From: a virus
Virus record (IMG/VR): IMGVR_UViG_3300020048_000029
Location: 88,687 to 152,686 of that record
DNA: 64,000 bases
Reading direction: 5' to 3' (one strand)
The translations under genes were made by a program, and so were the position numbers. Shown here piece by piece: positions 1 to 9,489 of this stretch (position 1 is the first letter of the stretch; the number at the start of each line of letters is the position of its first letter). The notes under the pieces were generated by a model. It was not told the origin of the DNA. It was given only the letters and a program-made list of their open reading frames with translations, and did not search any database.

Positions 1-437
1 ACCCTGTTACTGATGCGATGCATTACGGAGCTCTCGCTGCGCAGGCATTTTTGTCAGAAGAGTTGATGCAAGCAGCATTGTCTGGCCACCCTGAAGCGAT
101 CAAGATCGTTGCAGCTACAGCCGGAGAAATCGCTGCAAAAGTGTCAAAAGGAATGCTTGAAGGTGGATCTGTTCCGGCTGCTCCAGCTGAGGCTGCTCCT
201 GCTCCAGTAGAACAGGCCCCAGTAGAAGCTGCGCCGGAAGCTCCAGTAGCGCCGGCTGCTCCTGCTGCTCCAGGCAAAGATGGTGCCGCTGAAGAGCAGA
301 TCGCAGCTCAGATTGCTCCTGCTGTAAGCAACGAAGGAACAGCTGACGATATCAGCGCATCTGGACTCGATCCTAAAAAGCAATACACTGCCGCTGAAGT
401 TATTCAGTTTGCGAAGTCGTATGCGAATAAAGGCTAA
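1..437 (+). CDS. 3' part of an Ala/Pro/Glu-rich virion-associated protein (5' truncated by window edge)
   Basis: Frame is open from position 3 to the stop at 437; APAEAAPAPVEQAP low-complexity linker; directly precedes neck/tail genes. Confidence 0.6.
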   Translation, partial: PVTDAMHYGALAAQAFLSEELMQAALSGHPEAIKIVAATAGEIAAKVSKGMLEGGSVPAAPAEAAPAPVEQAPVEAAPEAPVAPAAPAAPGKDGAAEEQIAAQIAPAVSNEGTADDISASGLDPKKQYTAAEVIQFAKSYANKG

Positions 438-1215
438 TGTAATATCTGATGGAAACGACTCCCGTGTAATATCATGGGAGCCTGTAAACACCTCGGCTTA
501 TGCTGAGGTGCTTTTCAGCTTTAACCCTGAAAGTGGTTTTTCTGTCCTTAGTCCAAATTGCACTGATACTCAGTACACAGACAACAGGATCATAAGAAAC
601 ACGAACAGGACTGCTTATTATAAAATCAAGGTCTATGATGCTCTTGGTGTAATGATAGCAGACTCTGGAATAGTCCATCTCGAATCAAATTACGACGGCG
701 TCCTCGGAACAATAATCTATAACGAGACAACTCTTAACAGACTGTTCCAAGGGAACCCCTACTGGATTGTTAAATCTGCAAAGTCAGGAGCAAGATGCCC
801 AGTTTGCTGGGATCACTTCAGAGACGAAGCGAAGTTTAGCAATTGTCCAGAGTGCCACAGCACTGGGTATGTTCTTGGCACCTACGAAAAGATATCTGCT
901 TTTATATCGGTAAGTTCTGACCCTAAGAAATCCGGTGCAATCCCGGAAGGCGAAATGGTCACCGATACGCTTCAAGGCAGGTTGTCAAACTATCCTCTTG
1001 TCGATACAAACGACTATGCAATAGAAGAGATGACCGGGAAGAGATTCTTAATAACTTCTGTTGAAGTAACAAAATTACCGGTTATTTCAAGAGATAATTC
1101 TGGATCAACTTCAAACCATGTTGCGAGCCAAATTATAACTATGGTTGAACTCGAGAGAGATCATGAATTCTATAAGATACATGAATTTATAACATCTCCA
1201 GAAGAGGTAATGTGA
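421..1215 (+). CDS. Putative neck/head-completion protein with Zn-finger (CPVCWD...CPECHSTG)
   Basis: CxxC...CxxCxxxG motif and position upstream of sheath/tube, as in neck proteins of large myophages; ATG at 421 preferred over TTG at 409. Confidence 0.55.
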   Translation: MRIKANVISDGNDSRVISWEPVNTSAYAEVLFSFNPESGFSVLSPNCTDTQYTDNRIIRNTNRTAYYKIKVYDALGVMIADSGIVHLESNYDGVLGTIIYNETTLNRLFQGNPYWIVKSAKSGARCPVCWDHFRDEAKFSNCPECHSTGYVLGTYEKISAFISVSSDPKKSGAIPEGEMVTDTLQGRLSNYPLVDTNDYAIEEMTGKRFLITSVEVTKLPVISRDNSGSTSNHVASQIITMVELERDHEFYKIHEFITSPEEVM

Positions 1216-2144
1216 TGGAAGCTTGGTTTTTAGAAACCCTCGGAAAGGTAGATATTTCAGATACTCATAAAATGATCATCTTCCTTGTTGCATCGATAGC
1301 ATACGCTATTTTCAATGAGGTTAGAAGAAACCGGACTGTTACCGATAGAAACTCAAAGATAGGGTCAATATCTTTGGAGCTCACATCTGTAAAGTCTTCT
1401 CTTGATGCTGAAATAAAGATCTTGAAAAACGATCTTTCTCAAGCCGAAGAGAAGCTTATTGAAAAGGAAGAGCTTCACCTTATTGAGATCATGAATCTTC
1501 AAAAGACACATGAGCGTCACATTGACAGTATCATAAAAGTTCTTTCGTACAAAACAGATCTTGTAATGCTTCAGAGAGACGCTTTCGAAGCATCTCGAAG
1601 AACTGCCACGATCGATACTCTTACCTCGATCAGGAATACGATCAAAGGTAAGTTTAAGACTATGAAATACGACATGATGTACATCTTCAGACAGGACATG
1701 ATGAAACGCCTCGGCAGCATCGATTGTCTTACCGGAGAAGGTGGAGTGTGCTCCAACAAGACCCTCGTAAACGACTCTCAGCTTAAAGGGTACGAGTCGC
1801 TTTTGATCGAATCGATTGCTGAAGGCGAAGAACTTTGCCATGCAATAGTCGAAGACTTCAAAGACGATCTTGCTCCAGCAGCATTTGATCAGTGGTGCTC
1901 TGAGGCAAACCGGTTAATCCATCATATTGTGTGGGACGGCATGCTTTTGAAAATCCCAAGCTCATCCAATATGGCGCCTAACATCAACATGATAACAGAG
2001 AAGTACACAATTTCGTACTTCACATCTATCATGGAAAGTGTCAAGCAGATCAGGAAGAACGAGAAGGCTGCTATTGAAAAAGCAAAAGACCGATATGAAT
2101 TTGAAGTGAAAAAGATTTACGGAGACAGACGGTCTGCGCAATAA
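1212..2144 (+). CDS. Membrane-anchored coiled-coil protein (possibly holin-like), function unknown
   Basis: N-terminal hydrophobic segment MIIFLVASIAYAIF followed by a heptad-rich region. Confidence 0.5.
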   Translation: MMEAWFLETLGKVDISDTHKMIIFLVASIAYAIFNEVRRNRTVTDRNSKIGSISLELTSVKSSLDAEIKILKNDLSQAEEKLIEKEELHLIEIMNLQKTHERHIDSIIKVLSYKTDLVMLQRDAFEASRRTATIDTLTSIRNTIKGKFKTMKYDMMYIFRQDMMKRLGSIDCLTGEGGVCSNKTLVNDSQLKGYESLLIESIAEGEELCHAIVEDFKDDLAPAAFDQWCSEANRLIHHIVWDGMLLKIPSSSNMAPNINMITEKYTISYFTSIMESVKQIRKNEKAAIEKAKDRYEFEVKKIYGDRRSAQ

Positions 2145-2153
2145 GTATTTTAT

Positions 2154-3020
2154 TTGAACGAATGGGGGTTAATTTTGTTCGATATGCCATCTGGTAAACT
2201 GACGAGTATGCTTATAAGCTATCTTCAGCACATCTTTTCTGATGAGGAGTTGGTGACCCCAATGTACTTGTGGAATAAGGACCAGAAGGTATCGAGAATT
2301 AGAATTAGCTCTGTATTCGTCGTAAACAATGAGACTCCATTAAGCTCTCCTTACATAACTGTCAGAAGAGGGTCTCATAACTTTCTTCGAGTTGGTATCG
2401 ACGATTTCATTGAAGGTGATAACATCACTCTCGAAAGAAAATCCGCTCCACTTGAGGGTAATGTAATGTTTACAGTTGGAGCAAGATCTTCTATCGAAGC
2501 ATCTAACATTGCTCAATTCATAGCAGAGTATTTGCAGACTGAAAGACACGGGATAATCCACAAGTCAGGATTCTTGAGAAATTTCAAGATAATCGGCGTT
2601 GGAGAAGAGGTTCCAAAGGTTGTGGATTCAGTAGTTCATAGATATGAAGTGTCTGTTCCTGCATTCTCTTCTTCAATGTACATAAGCAGTCGTGACTACA
2701 CCGCAGGAGACCCGTTCAATATGACCGAGTTTCTTGGATACGACAAGATATCTGACAAGAGCTCTTGCGTGTTAGATGCGAATGTCTTAACTGATTTGAA
2801 CAAGACCTTTGGTGAGAGCTACTCTTACGACTACTTCCTTGAACCAGGGAAGCTTTACTACGCAAATATCGATGGAACAAGTTATGAAATAATAAGCATT
2901 TTGAGCGATCATAGCATTTTACTTAAAGATGCAACGTTCGCACCTAGTACTACGAAAAATTACAATATAATCTGGAATACCAGTGGAATTCACTGGATAG
3001 CTAAAAAGGAGAATGTATGA
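2154..3020 (+). CDS. Putative tail completion/terminator protein
   Basis: 288-aa ORF overlapping the sheath start; assigned by synteny only; true start may be ATG 2184. Confidence 0.45.
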   Translation: MNEWGLILFDMPSGKLTSMLISYLQHIFSDEELVTPMYLWNKDQKVSRIRISSVFVVNNETPLSSPYITVRRGSHNFLRVGIDDFIEGDNITLERKSAPLEGNVMFTVGARSSIEASNIAQFIAEYLQTERHGIIHKSGFLRNFKIIGVGEEVPKVVDSVVHRYEVSVPAFSSSMYISSRDYTAGDPFNMTEFLGYDKISDKSSCVLDANVLTDLNKTFGESYSYDYFLEPGKLYYANIDGTSYEIISILSDHSILLKDATFAPSTTKNYNIIWNTSGIHWIAKKENV

Positions 3021-5362
3021 GTAATTACCAAGGCCCTAATGTGGCCGTTGAGCAGACCTTCAGCTCTGCGCCTGGCGCGGTTGCAGTAGAAGGTCTTCCG
3101 GCGGCTATCATTGGTACTTCTTATGAAGTTTTTGAAAATGATTCCGTTGGAGAAGTTGGATCTGCTTTCGACACAATTCTTAAATACAACACTGATAAAA
3201 AAGTGGTGTTCGATAAGACTGTTGCCGGACAGCGTGTTCTTGACTTCTATGCACCAACAGTAGTAGTATCAACAAATGGTGCTCAGTACCCTGTTGACAA
3301 TGCTACATTCTCTGCCACTGGAATCAGTATTCCTAAAAACCTGTCTTATGACATTAGCGGAACAGTACTGTCTGCATCAATGCCATACTTCGGAACAGAC
3401 TCAGCTGTATCTACAGTTGTAGGTGGAAAAGTTGTTCTTACTCAGAGTATTACTGGATACGAAATCTTTGCTGGTCTCGAAGTTATTCGCGACGGAGTAT
3501 CGATTGGCCGTGTCAAAACAGTATCTACTGATGGATTGACAATCGAGCTTGAAACTGCTGCTACGAACGATGCGACTGCGAAGAAGATCGTTATCGGAGC
3601 AACAAGCACTGCACCAACTGTTGCAAACACAATTTTGCTTAACTCTCCAATCTCGTCTGTAAAAACCGGTGATATCATGAAGTTCACTTCTAATATTTCT
3701 GGCGTAAATGTTGAATACAAAGCTTCTGTGAAGCGCGTTTTCAACAACGGATATGCAATTGAGATCAACACAGAAGCATCTTACACTACAGACGTGTCTT
3801 ACTTGGACATTTCAAAAGTGTTCGGATTCACTGCAAGCTGTGGCGGATCAACTGTTGTTATCACAAGCGTAAAAGCAGCTCGACTTGCAGGTTTCGCTAA
3901 ATTCATCTCCAATGTTGCTTTCACAGCAGTTGTAGGCGAAAACAAGCTTACCGTAGCGGCTGGAACAGCATCTGTTGGCGACACTGTTAAAATCGGCACT
4001 TCTTACTTCAAAGTAATTGGTGTTAACCCGGCTAGAACAAACGTGTTTATCAGCGGAGTTGCTACAGCAACCACCGGAAATTATGATCACTTTAAAACCA
4101 CGGTATCTTCTCAGATCCGCGCTTCTTATCGTGCAATTAATGTTGGAGAAGTAGAGAACGTCCGTCGCATTACAGGTCTCAACGATGTTGAAAAGTACTT
4201 CGGTACAGTTTCTCCGTTCAACGAACTTGCATTCATGGCATCTCAGGCTCTCGCTGGTAACGGCGGCAAAGTTATTTATGCGTTCAACCTGTCTTCTGCA
4301 ATTGCGACAATTTCTGCTGAATATACAAAAGCTCTCGCAGCTATGAAAATGTTCGATGTTTACTCGCATGCATTCGGGACCGACTTCTCGATCGCTTCAT
4401 CTGTTCTGTCTTATGTAAGTCAGCAGTCTGAATCATATCAGGCTCATGAGCGTATCGCTCGCTTAACATACGATCAGAAGAGTTTGTACGCTCTTGGGGA
4501 AGTAAACGGGACTTACGCTTCCGGCGTTCTTACTATGGTTGCCCCTGCTGGAACTGACATTGACGATATCGTAATCCTGAAAGACTCTGCTGGTAAAACT
4601 CTTGCAACTACAAAAGTTGTCGGAACACCAGGAGCCACATCTGTTCAGGTTAAACCTGTCACGTTCACTGGATCAGTTGCTTCTGCTGAGTTCTCTATCG
4701 GAACAGCATTTGCAAAATCTCAGCGTGTAAAAGCTCTTGGAGCTCTTTCAAACAGACGTGCGAAGATTATCTGTCCAGGATACTTCACTGGTACAGTAAA
4801 CGGTAAAGAGATGACTCTTCCTCCATACTTCATCACAGCTTACTACGCTGGTCTTGATGATGGTCAGAAGCCTTCTCAGTCGTTTACCAACCTCGGTGTT
4901 GCTATCGGTTCAATCACGAATATTTCACTTGCAACAGACACCTACTGGGATGTTGATTTGCTTGACGAGATCGGATCTGGCGGTATCGATATTATCGTTC
5001 AGGATGGGATTACCACTACAAACGTAGTTAAATCTCGCCATGACCTTACAACCGATATGGAAGACGTTCTCACTCGTGAGTGGTCTATCACCAAGCAGGT
5101 TGACATTAGCGCAAAAACTCTTCGCGGAGTTGCTCGCAAGTTCATCGGTGTGTACAACATTACTCCTGAGCTTATCAAGAATCTTAAAGCTTCTTTGATA
5201 ATTGCAGCAGGTGCTCTTGTTGATGGTAAAAACATTTCTGGGCTTACTATCGTTAGCATTAACCGCGACGAAAAAGTAGCTGACAAAATCGTTATTGGAG
5301 TAAAAGGAACGGTATTCGTTGCTGGTAACTACTATGACATCACAATAAATGTGGGAGTATAA
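3017..5362 (+). CDS. Contractile tail sheath protein
   Basis: 781 aa; N-terminal Y-x-x-P-x-V-x-V-E motif; C-terminal RHDLTTD...TREWSITKQVD and ...D-K-I-x-I-x-V...NYYDITI typical of sheath C-terminal domains; followed by tube gene. Confidence 0.85.
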   Translation: MSNYQGPNVAVEQTFSSAPGAVAVEGLPAAIIGTSYEVFENDSVGEVGSAFDTILKYNTDKKVVFDKTVAGQRVLDFYAPTVVVSTNGAQYPVDNATFSATGISIPKNLSYDISGTVLSASMPYFGTDSAVSTVVGGKVVLTQSITGYEIFAGLEVIRDGVSIGRVKTVSTDGLTIELETAATNDATAKKIVIGATSTAPTVANTILLNSPISSVKTGDIMKFTSNISGVNVEYKASVKRVFNNGYAIEINTEASYTTDVSYLDISKVFGFTASCGGSTVVITSVKAARLAGFAKFISNVAFTAVVGENKLTVAAGTASVGDTVKIGTSYFKVIGVNPARTNVFISGVATATTGNYDHFKTTVSSQIRASYRAINVGEVENVRRITGLNDVEKYFGTVSPFNELAFMASQALAGNGGKVIYAFNLSSAIATISAEYTKALAAMKMFDVYSHAFGTDFSIASSVLSYVSQQSESYQAHERIARLTYDQKSLYALGEVNGTYASGVLTMVAPAGTDIDDIVILKDSAGKTLATTKVVGTPGATSVQVKPVTFTGSVASAEFSIGTAFAKSQRVKALGALSNRRAKIICPGYFTGTVNGKEMTLPPYFITAYYAGLDDGQKPSQSFTNLGVAIGSITNISLATDTYWDVDLLDEIGSGGIDIIVQDGITTTNVVKSRHDLTTDMEDVLTREWSITKQVDISAKTLRGVARKFIGVYNITPELIKNLKASLIIAAGALVDGKNISGLTIVSINRDEKVADKIVIGVKGTVFVAGNYYDITINVGV

Positions 5363-5364
5363 TA

Positions 5365-6051
5365 ATGGCTGAAACTACTAGCATTTCAGGATGGGATTGG
5401 GATACCAATCACGTCAATACTACAGCAACAGCAACAGGTGGGACGTTCAAGCCTGAAGACTTTGTTGAAGCTGGGACTGTACTGATTCTTGCAGGCCCTT
5501 CTAAGCTTGCAGAAAATGACGTAGCAATTAAAACAACACAGCTTATCCCAATTGGTCTTGTTGACCAGTTCTCTGTTTCACAACAGAAGAACATTCAGCA
5601 GATCTTTGAGATTGGGTCTAAGTTGAACTACGTTGTGCCTGGTCGTACAGTTGGCCAGATTCAGATTGCAAGAGCATTCTTTGACGGAGCTTCTCTCATG
5701 AAGGCTCTAACAGCTCAAAGAGGCGGGACAGAAAACCCTTCAGCTGCAAATGCTGCAGGAGGAGGTTTGTACTCTATTACTGACAACTTCACTAAAGCAG
5801 ACGTGGCTCAGGTTGGTTCAGGTAATTTCTATGCAAACCTTGCTTCTTCTTTCTTTGATATCTCTCATGGGATTTGTCTCATGTTCAGAGATCAGAAGAA
5901 GGATAACGTTGCAATGTTGTACTTCGAAGACTGTCTGATCTCAGCACACAACTTCGGCATTAGTGCTCAGCAGAATATTATTCAAGAAGCGTGTTCAATC
6001 ACGTACTCTCGAATCGTACCTGTTGCAGTTGCGGCGACTGCGCTTAAGTAA
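5365..6051 (+). CDS. Tail tube protein
   Basis: Directly after sheath; IGLVDQFSVSQQKNIQQIFEIGS...VPGRTVGQIQIAR and YFEDCLISAHNF motifs typical of myophage tube proteins. Confidence 0.8.
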   Translation: MAETTSISGWDWDTNHVNTTATATGGTFKPEDFVEAGTVLILAGPSKLAENDVAIKTTQLIPIGLVDQFSVSQQKNIQQIFEIGSKLNYVVPGRTVGQIQIARAFFDGASLMKALTAQRGGTENPSAANAAGGGLYSITDNFTKADVAQVGSGNFYANLASSFFDISHGICLMFRDQKKDNVAMLYFEDCLISAHNFGISAQQNIIQEACSITYSRIVPVAVAATALK

Positions 6052-6056
6052 ATAGC

Positions 6057-6097
6057 TAAAAAAATGGGAGTAGATTAATCTACTCCCATCACTTTTG
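6057..6097. terminator. Bidirectional intrinsic terminator at convergent junction
   Basis: Perfect palindrome ATGGGAGTAGA-TTAA-TCTACTCCCAT (6064-6089) with an A-run on the left and a T-run on the right. Confidence 0.75.
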
Positions 6098-6184
6098 CTT
6101 TGAACGCCGGATCTCCGGCGTTTTTTATTGCATTGAAGTTGCCTACGAGATTTATGAACTTGTCATAAAAATCCTCGTGAACTT

Positions 6185-6667
6185 CTACTGTAACCACTCT
6201 CCGTCTACCATGGACGCGATCTTCTTCCCGTGGTGTACCACCGTCGGATTCCCTTCCAGGATTTTGCATAGCTTCATCCCCCCTCCAGGAGTTATCGCGA
6301 GATACTTCCCGTCGGTGAACCGCGCTTTGACCGACTCAAGGTTGTGAGCGGTGTTATCATTGACAGGAGTGTAGTTCCCGTCAATTTCTACAGCGAAACC
6401 AGACAAGTTCATTCCAGTATCGATTACCGCTTTTTGCGGAAGTCTTGGACCTCTTTGCGACCCCGTCGAAAGAACCCCGCCGAAGTTTCCGCCGACTTCG
6501 TCTTCGTGATCTCTTGTTCTTTGGACATAGACCGACTCTGAAACTTCCAGATCAGCTCCGCCGTAGCCGAGATCGCTAAGATCACTGTCGTTACCATCTT
6601 TATTGCGTTCAACCGCTGCTCCTTCAGTTTTGAGTTCTTCAAGAACTCCCATTTCTTCATAATTCAT
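6185..6667 (-). CDS. Hypothetical protein (acidic N-terminus)
   Basis: ORF; ATG 6667 with upstream GGAG, coupled to the exonuclease stop. Confidence 0.6.
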   Translation of the reverse strand: MNYEEMGVLEELKTEGAAVERNKDGNDSDLSDLGYGGADLEVSESVYVQRTRDHEDEVGGNFGGVLSTGSQRGPRLPQKAVIDTGMNLSGFAVEIDGNYTPVNDNTAHNLESVKARFTDGKYLAITPGGGMKLCKILEGNPTVVHHGKKIASMVDGEWLQ

Positions 6668-7283
6668 AATTTCTCCGTATCTTCGTGCAATCAAGACCTT
6701 CAATTTTGAGGGACTTGTTCACGGTATTGTTAAGGGTAATTGACGCAACAATATCAGATAATGAGTTGTGCGCTTCGATAGGGATTCCGTAGTGTTTGCA
6801 CACTGTTCCAAGTTGCAAGTTCTCGATGTCCTGCGGGATCACTCCAGCGGCCCAAAGATACTTTACAGGAGCAAAGATATCAAGGTCGTATGTTTTAACA
6901 TAAGCCCCAGATCCATACCCAGTAAGTCTGTGGAACCAATTCCATAAAACATCTTTATCAAACCCGCTGTTGTAACCCATCGGGATGAAGAACTGGTCTT
7001 TCTTGAACTTTGACACATACTTCCCAAGCATAGGGACGAGATGGTCGTTAAGCACTTCCAAAGGGTCAGGCCAAGTAAGACACTCGTCCTTGTTGATTCC
7101 TGTAACTTCAAAAGCCTTGTCATTCATTGAGCATCCTTCGTGAGGTCTCATTCTGAAGTCAAAGAACTCTTGTATCACTTTATCAATTACGATTGCTCCG
7201 GATATTGTGAGAAGACCACAAGTCGCAGCATTTGAATCTGTTGTTTCCGTGTCAAACGGAAGAATTCTGCTCGGCATTTGCAT
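6657..7283 (-). CDS. DEDDh 3'-5' exonuclease (DnaQ/epsilon-like)
   Basis: ExoI FDTETT, ExoII GYNSGFD, ExoIII AHNSLSD. Confidence 0.9.
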   Translation of the reverse strand: MQMPSRILPFDTETTDSNAATCGLLTISGAIVIDKVIQEFFDFRMRPHEGCSMNDKAFEVTGINKDECLTWPDPLEVLNDHLVPMLGKYVSKFKKDQFFIPMGYNSGFDKDVLWNWFHRLTGYGSGAYVKTYDLDIFAPVKYLWAAGVIPQDIENLQLGTVCKHYGIPIEAHNSLSDIVASITLNNTVNKSLKIEGLDCTKIRRNYEL

Positions 7284-7533
7284 ACTCCATGAGTATCTCA
7301 GCGTGACACTTTACAGGGGCGCAATAACAGACAAGGTCTTTACCCTTGAGCTCTTTTATCGCAGCCTCTTTCAAGCTGTCGTTAGCGTAGAAATACTCTT
7401 TAAATTTTTCGATAACTTCAAGTCTGTCTCCGTCAACGCCTATTACAAAAGGGTTTCCGAACTTTGAAGGCCTAGCGACAAAAACGCAACCCTTTGGGAT
7501 TGCGTCTCTTTTTGCATTGTAGATTTTATTTAT
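7252..7533 (-). CDS. DUF4326-family protein, not in ORF track (probable ATA start)
   Basis: Manual translation: (I/M)NKIYNAKRDAIPKGCVFVARPSKFGNPFVIGVDGDRLEVIEKFKEYFYANDSLKEAAIKELKGKDLVCYCAPVKCHAEILMEYANAEQNSSV*; RPSKxGNPF and LKGKDLxCxCAPxxCHA match DUF4326. Confidence 0.8.
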   Translation of the reverse strand: MNKIYNAKRDAIPKGCVFVARPSKFGNPFVIGVDGDRLEVIEKFKEYFYANDSLKEAAIKELKGKDLVCYCAPVKCHAEILMEYANAEQNSSV

Positions 7534-7534
7534 G

Positions 7535-7903
7535 TTAACAACCTTTTACAAAATCGCCCTTCGGAAAGAGCCCTCGATTCTCAATCATACTTGTTGGCCC
7601 ATTAACATCTTTTGGTTCAACATCTTTAATACTCGGGATCCGGTCAGAATTAATATTTGAATCGGCTTTGTTTCCCCATCCAACATCTTTGTCTTTCTGG
7701 TCTTTATCTGATACAGGAACAATCTCTCTAGAACTGTCGATCAAATAGTTTACACTATCGATGACGCTGTCAATCTGAGACACTGATGTGTCAACAGAAT
7801 CGACCACAATGGTAATACTGTCGCCCACAGGAACTTTTCCAGTGGATTCGATCTTTGCGCAGCTTGCAATTAAAAGCAAGATGGCGAGAATAATAAATCT
7901 CAT
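7535..7903 (-). CDS. Lipoprotein
   Basis: MRFIILAILLLIASC signal peptide II with lipobox; ATG 7903 with upstream GAAAGG. Confidence 0.7.
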   Translation of the reverse strand: MRFIILAILLLIASCAKIESTGKVPVGDSITIVVDSVDTSVSQIDSVIDSVNYLIDSSREIVPVSDKDQKDKDVGWGNKADSNINSDRIPSIKDVEPKDVNGPTSMIENRGLFPKGDFVKGC

Positions 7904-7955
7904 ACGGTAACCTTTCCGGCTATTTAGCCAATTACAATGCAAAACTAAAATATAT

Positions 7956-8028
7956 GCGGAGCGCCACTCTTGCGTATGTTTTCCATTTGGCCCATACCGG
8001 GTAGCGGGTTTGCGCGTGGTGCGCTCCA
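7956..8028. ncRNA. Candidate small structured RNA element (~72 nt)
   Basis: GC-rich intergenic stretch closed by GGAGCGC...GCGCTCC with nested stems. Confidence 0.3.
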
Positions 8029-8037
8029 TAGTTGTTA

Positions 8038-8310
8038 TTACATATTACTCACCGGTCTAACACCGGCTAACTTCAGCTCTCTGAAAACGGCTGTCTGATC
8101 TTCATCAGTTGCATCGTCGAGGAGCTTCCACAAAGCATCGTACTTTGCAATCTCTCCGCCTTTGTCGATAAATGCTCCGCTGTCATATCCTCTTCCTTCA
8201 AAGTAGAACATGCTGCTTTTGTCAAAGACGTTGTCGAACTTAATCGACACAATCTTATCTTCGAGCTTGATAGAGACTACGCTGTAGCCATTACGTTCCT
8301 GTATGTCCAA
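8038..8310 (-). CDS. Hypothetical protein
   Basis: ORF; TTG start at 8310 with AAAGGTG SD, overlapping the dUTPase end. Confidence 0.55.
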   Translation of the reverse strand: MDIQERNGYSVVSIKLEDKIVSIKFDNVFDKSSMFYFEGRGYDSGAFIDKGGEIAKYDALWKLLDDATDEDQTAVFRELKLAGVRPVSNM

Positions 8311-8713
8311 AGCCACCTTTGCGCTCCGTTTCATCAAGTGATTCAACCTTTTCAAAATCAGCTTGAACATATTCAGCGAACACAAACTGACCAATTCGTT
8401 CTCCGATATTTATGTGGAAATCTTTCTTTCCATGATTGATAAGGATTACGCCAACTTCATCTCTGTAGTCGCTGTCAATTGTACCCGGGGTGTTCAGTAC
8501 GGTGACACCGTGTTTTGCAGCAAGTCCAGAGCGAGGTCTTACTTGAGCTTCATACCCTTCAGGGATTGCCATCATAAGACCTGTTTTAAGGACTTTTGAC
8601 TCACCAGGGATGAGATTGTATTCCTCGGCTGAACAAATGTCGCACCCTGCGCTCCCAGGAGTCTGGTAGTGCGGAATCATGTCTCCGATAATGAGAACTT
8701 TAATTTTTTCCAA
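8291..8713 (-). CDS. dut: Trimeric dUTPase
   Basis: Motifs GSAGCD, RSGLA, GTIDSDYR, GERIGQ, RKGGFGHTG; TTG start at 8713. Confidence 0.95.
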   Translation of the reverse strand: MEKIKVLIIGDMIPHYQTPGSAGCDICSAEEYNLIPGESKVLKTGLMMAIPEGYEAQVRPRSGLAAKHGVTVLNTPGTIDSDYRDEVGVILINHGKKDFHINIGERIGQFVFAEYVQADFEKVESLDETERKGGFGHTGT

Positions 8714-8987
8714 AATTGAACCACTTCTTTCTTTTGATCTTTGTTCCAGCGATATTTGACGCAGCCTCATGGTACCAACCAATGTAATCACCTTTGATAA
8801 CATGGAACGGATACTCACCTTCGTTTAACAGGAGAATGTCAAACTCGTTAGTGTCAATAATACTGACTCTTCTGTTTCTAAGATGGACTTCAACCTCTTC
8901 AACTCTAGGATGGGTTAGCTCAACCCACTCAAAATCTCCAGGCTTGATTTCAACCGAGTTATCGGCTCTTACTAATTGCATAAACAC
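8700..8987 (-). CDS. Degenerate dUTPase-fold protein (probably catalytically dead paralogue)
   Basis: ILLLNEGEYPFHVIKGDYIG aligns with VILINHGKKDFHINIGERIG of the adjacent dut; catalytic motifs missing. Confidence 0.5.
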   Translation of the reverse strand: MFMQLVRADNSVEIKPGDFEWVELTHPRVEEVEVHLRNRRVSIIDTNEFDILLLNEGEYPFHVIKGDYIGWYHEAASNIAGTKIKRKKWFNFGKN

Positions 8988-9031
8988 CTCCTTCTTTCAT
9001 TAGCGGAAAATAGCTTTCAGGCCCTGGTAAT

Positions 9032-9298
9032 TCAAGCGCTTTTTTTTACATCGTATTTTGACGCATACTTAACACCTGAATGAGCACGCTTTTTATTGAC
9101 AGCTCTCATTATGTCTGGATCTTTAATCACAGAGAGAGTACCGAATTTTCCGTACAATCCATTAGTCTCAAGCATCACCTCCTTTCCATCTATCATTCCA
9201 AAGCAAGCTTTCACTGTAAAGTGTGATTTGATTTCAACAATGAAAAGTGTGAAATCGGCATTCACACGCTTCACACTCTTGACCTTTAGTTTCCGCAT
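9032..9298 (-). CDS. Hypothetical basic protein
   Basis: ORF with SD in a coupled minus-strand operon. Confidence 0.6.
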   Translation of the reverse strand: MRKLKVKSVKRVNADFTLFIVEIKSHFTVKACFGMIDGKEVMLETNGLYGKFGTLSVIKDPDIMRAVNKKRAHSGVKYASKYDVKKSA

Positions 9299-9489
9299 TT
9301 TTCTCCAGTCTCTACGTTGTAGTCGATATGTTCAAAATTGCCGCATCCAGGGCATTCTATGATTACAGTGGAAGTCTCTGAAGCAGGGTAATAGCCGTCC
9401 CAGTTGTCAAGCCGGCTCGATTCAACTGCCTCGTCAAATTCCTCTTCTATGTCGCGATCGCAATTGTGACAAGTTATCATTTTGTCCAC
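9286..9489 (-). CDS. Small Zn-ribbon protein
   Basis: CHNC...CPGC. Confidence 0.6.
   Translation of the reverse strand: MDKMITCHNCDRDIEEEFDEAVESSRLDNWDGYYPASETSTVIIECPGCGNFEHIDYNVETGEKCGN

Noticed and set aside
7956-8028. tRNA or c-di-GMP riboswitch
   Set aside because: It has an acceptor-like stem but no T/D arms; only a short GGTAGCGGG resemblance to c-di-GMP-I, without the P2 GNRA/receptor elements.
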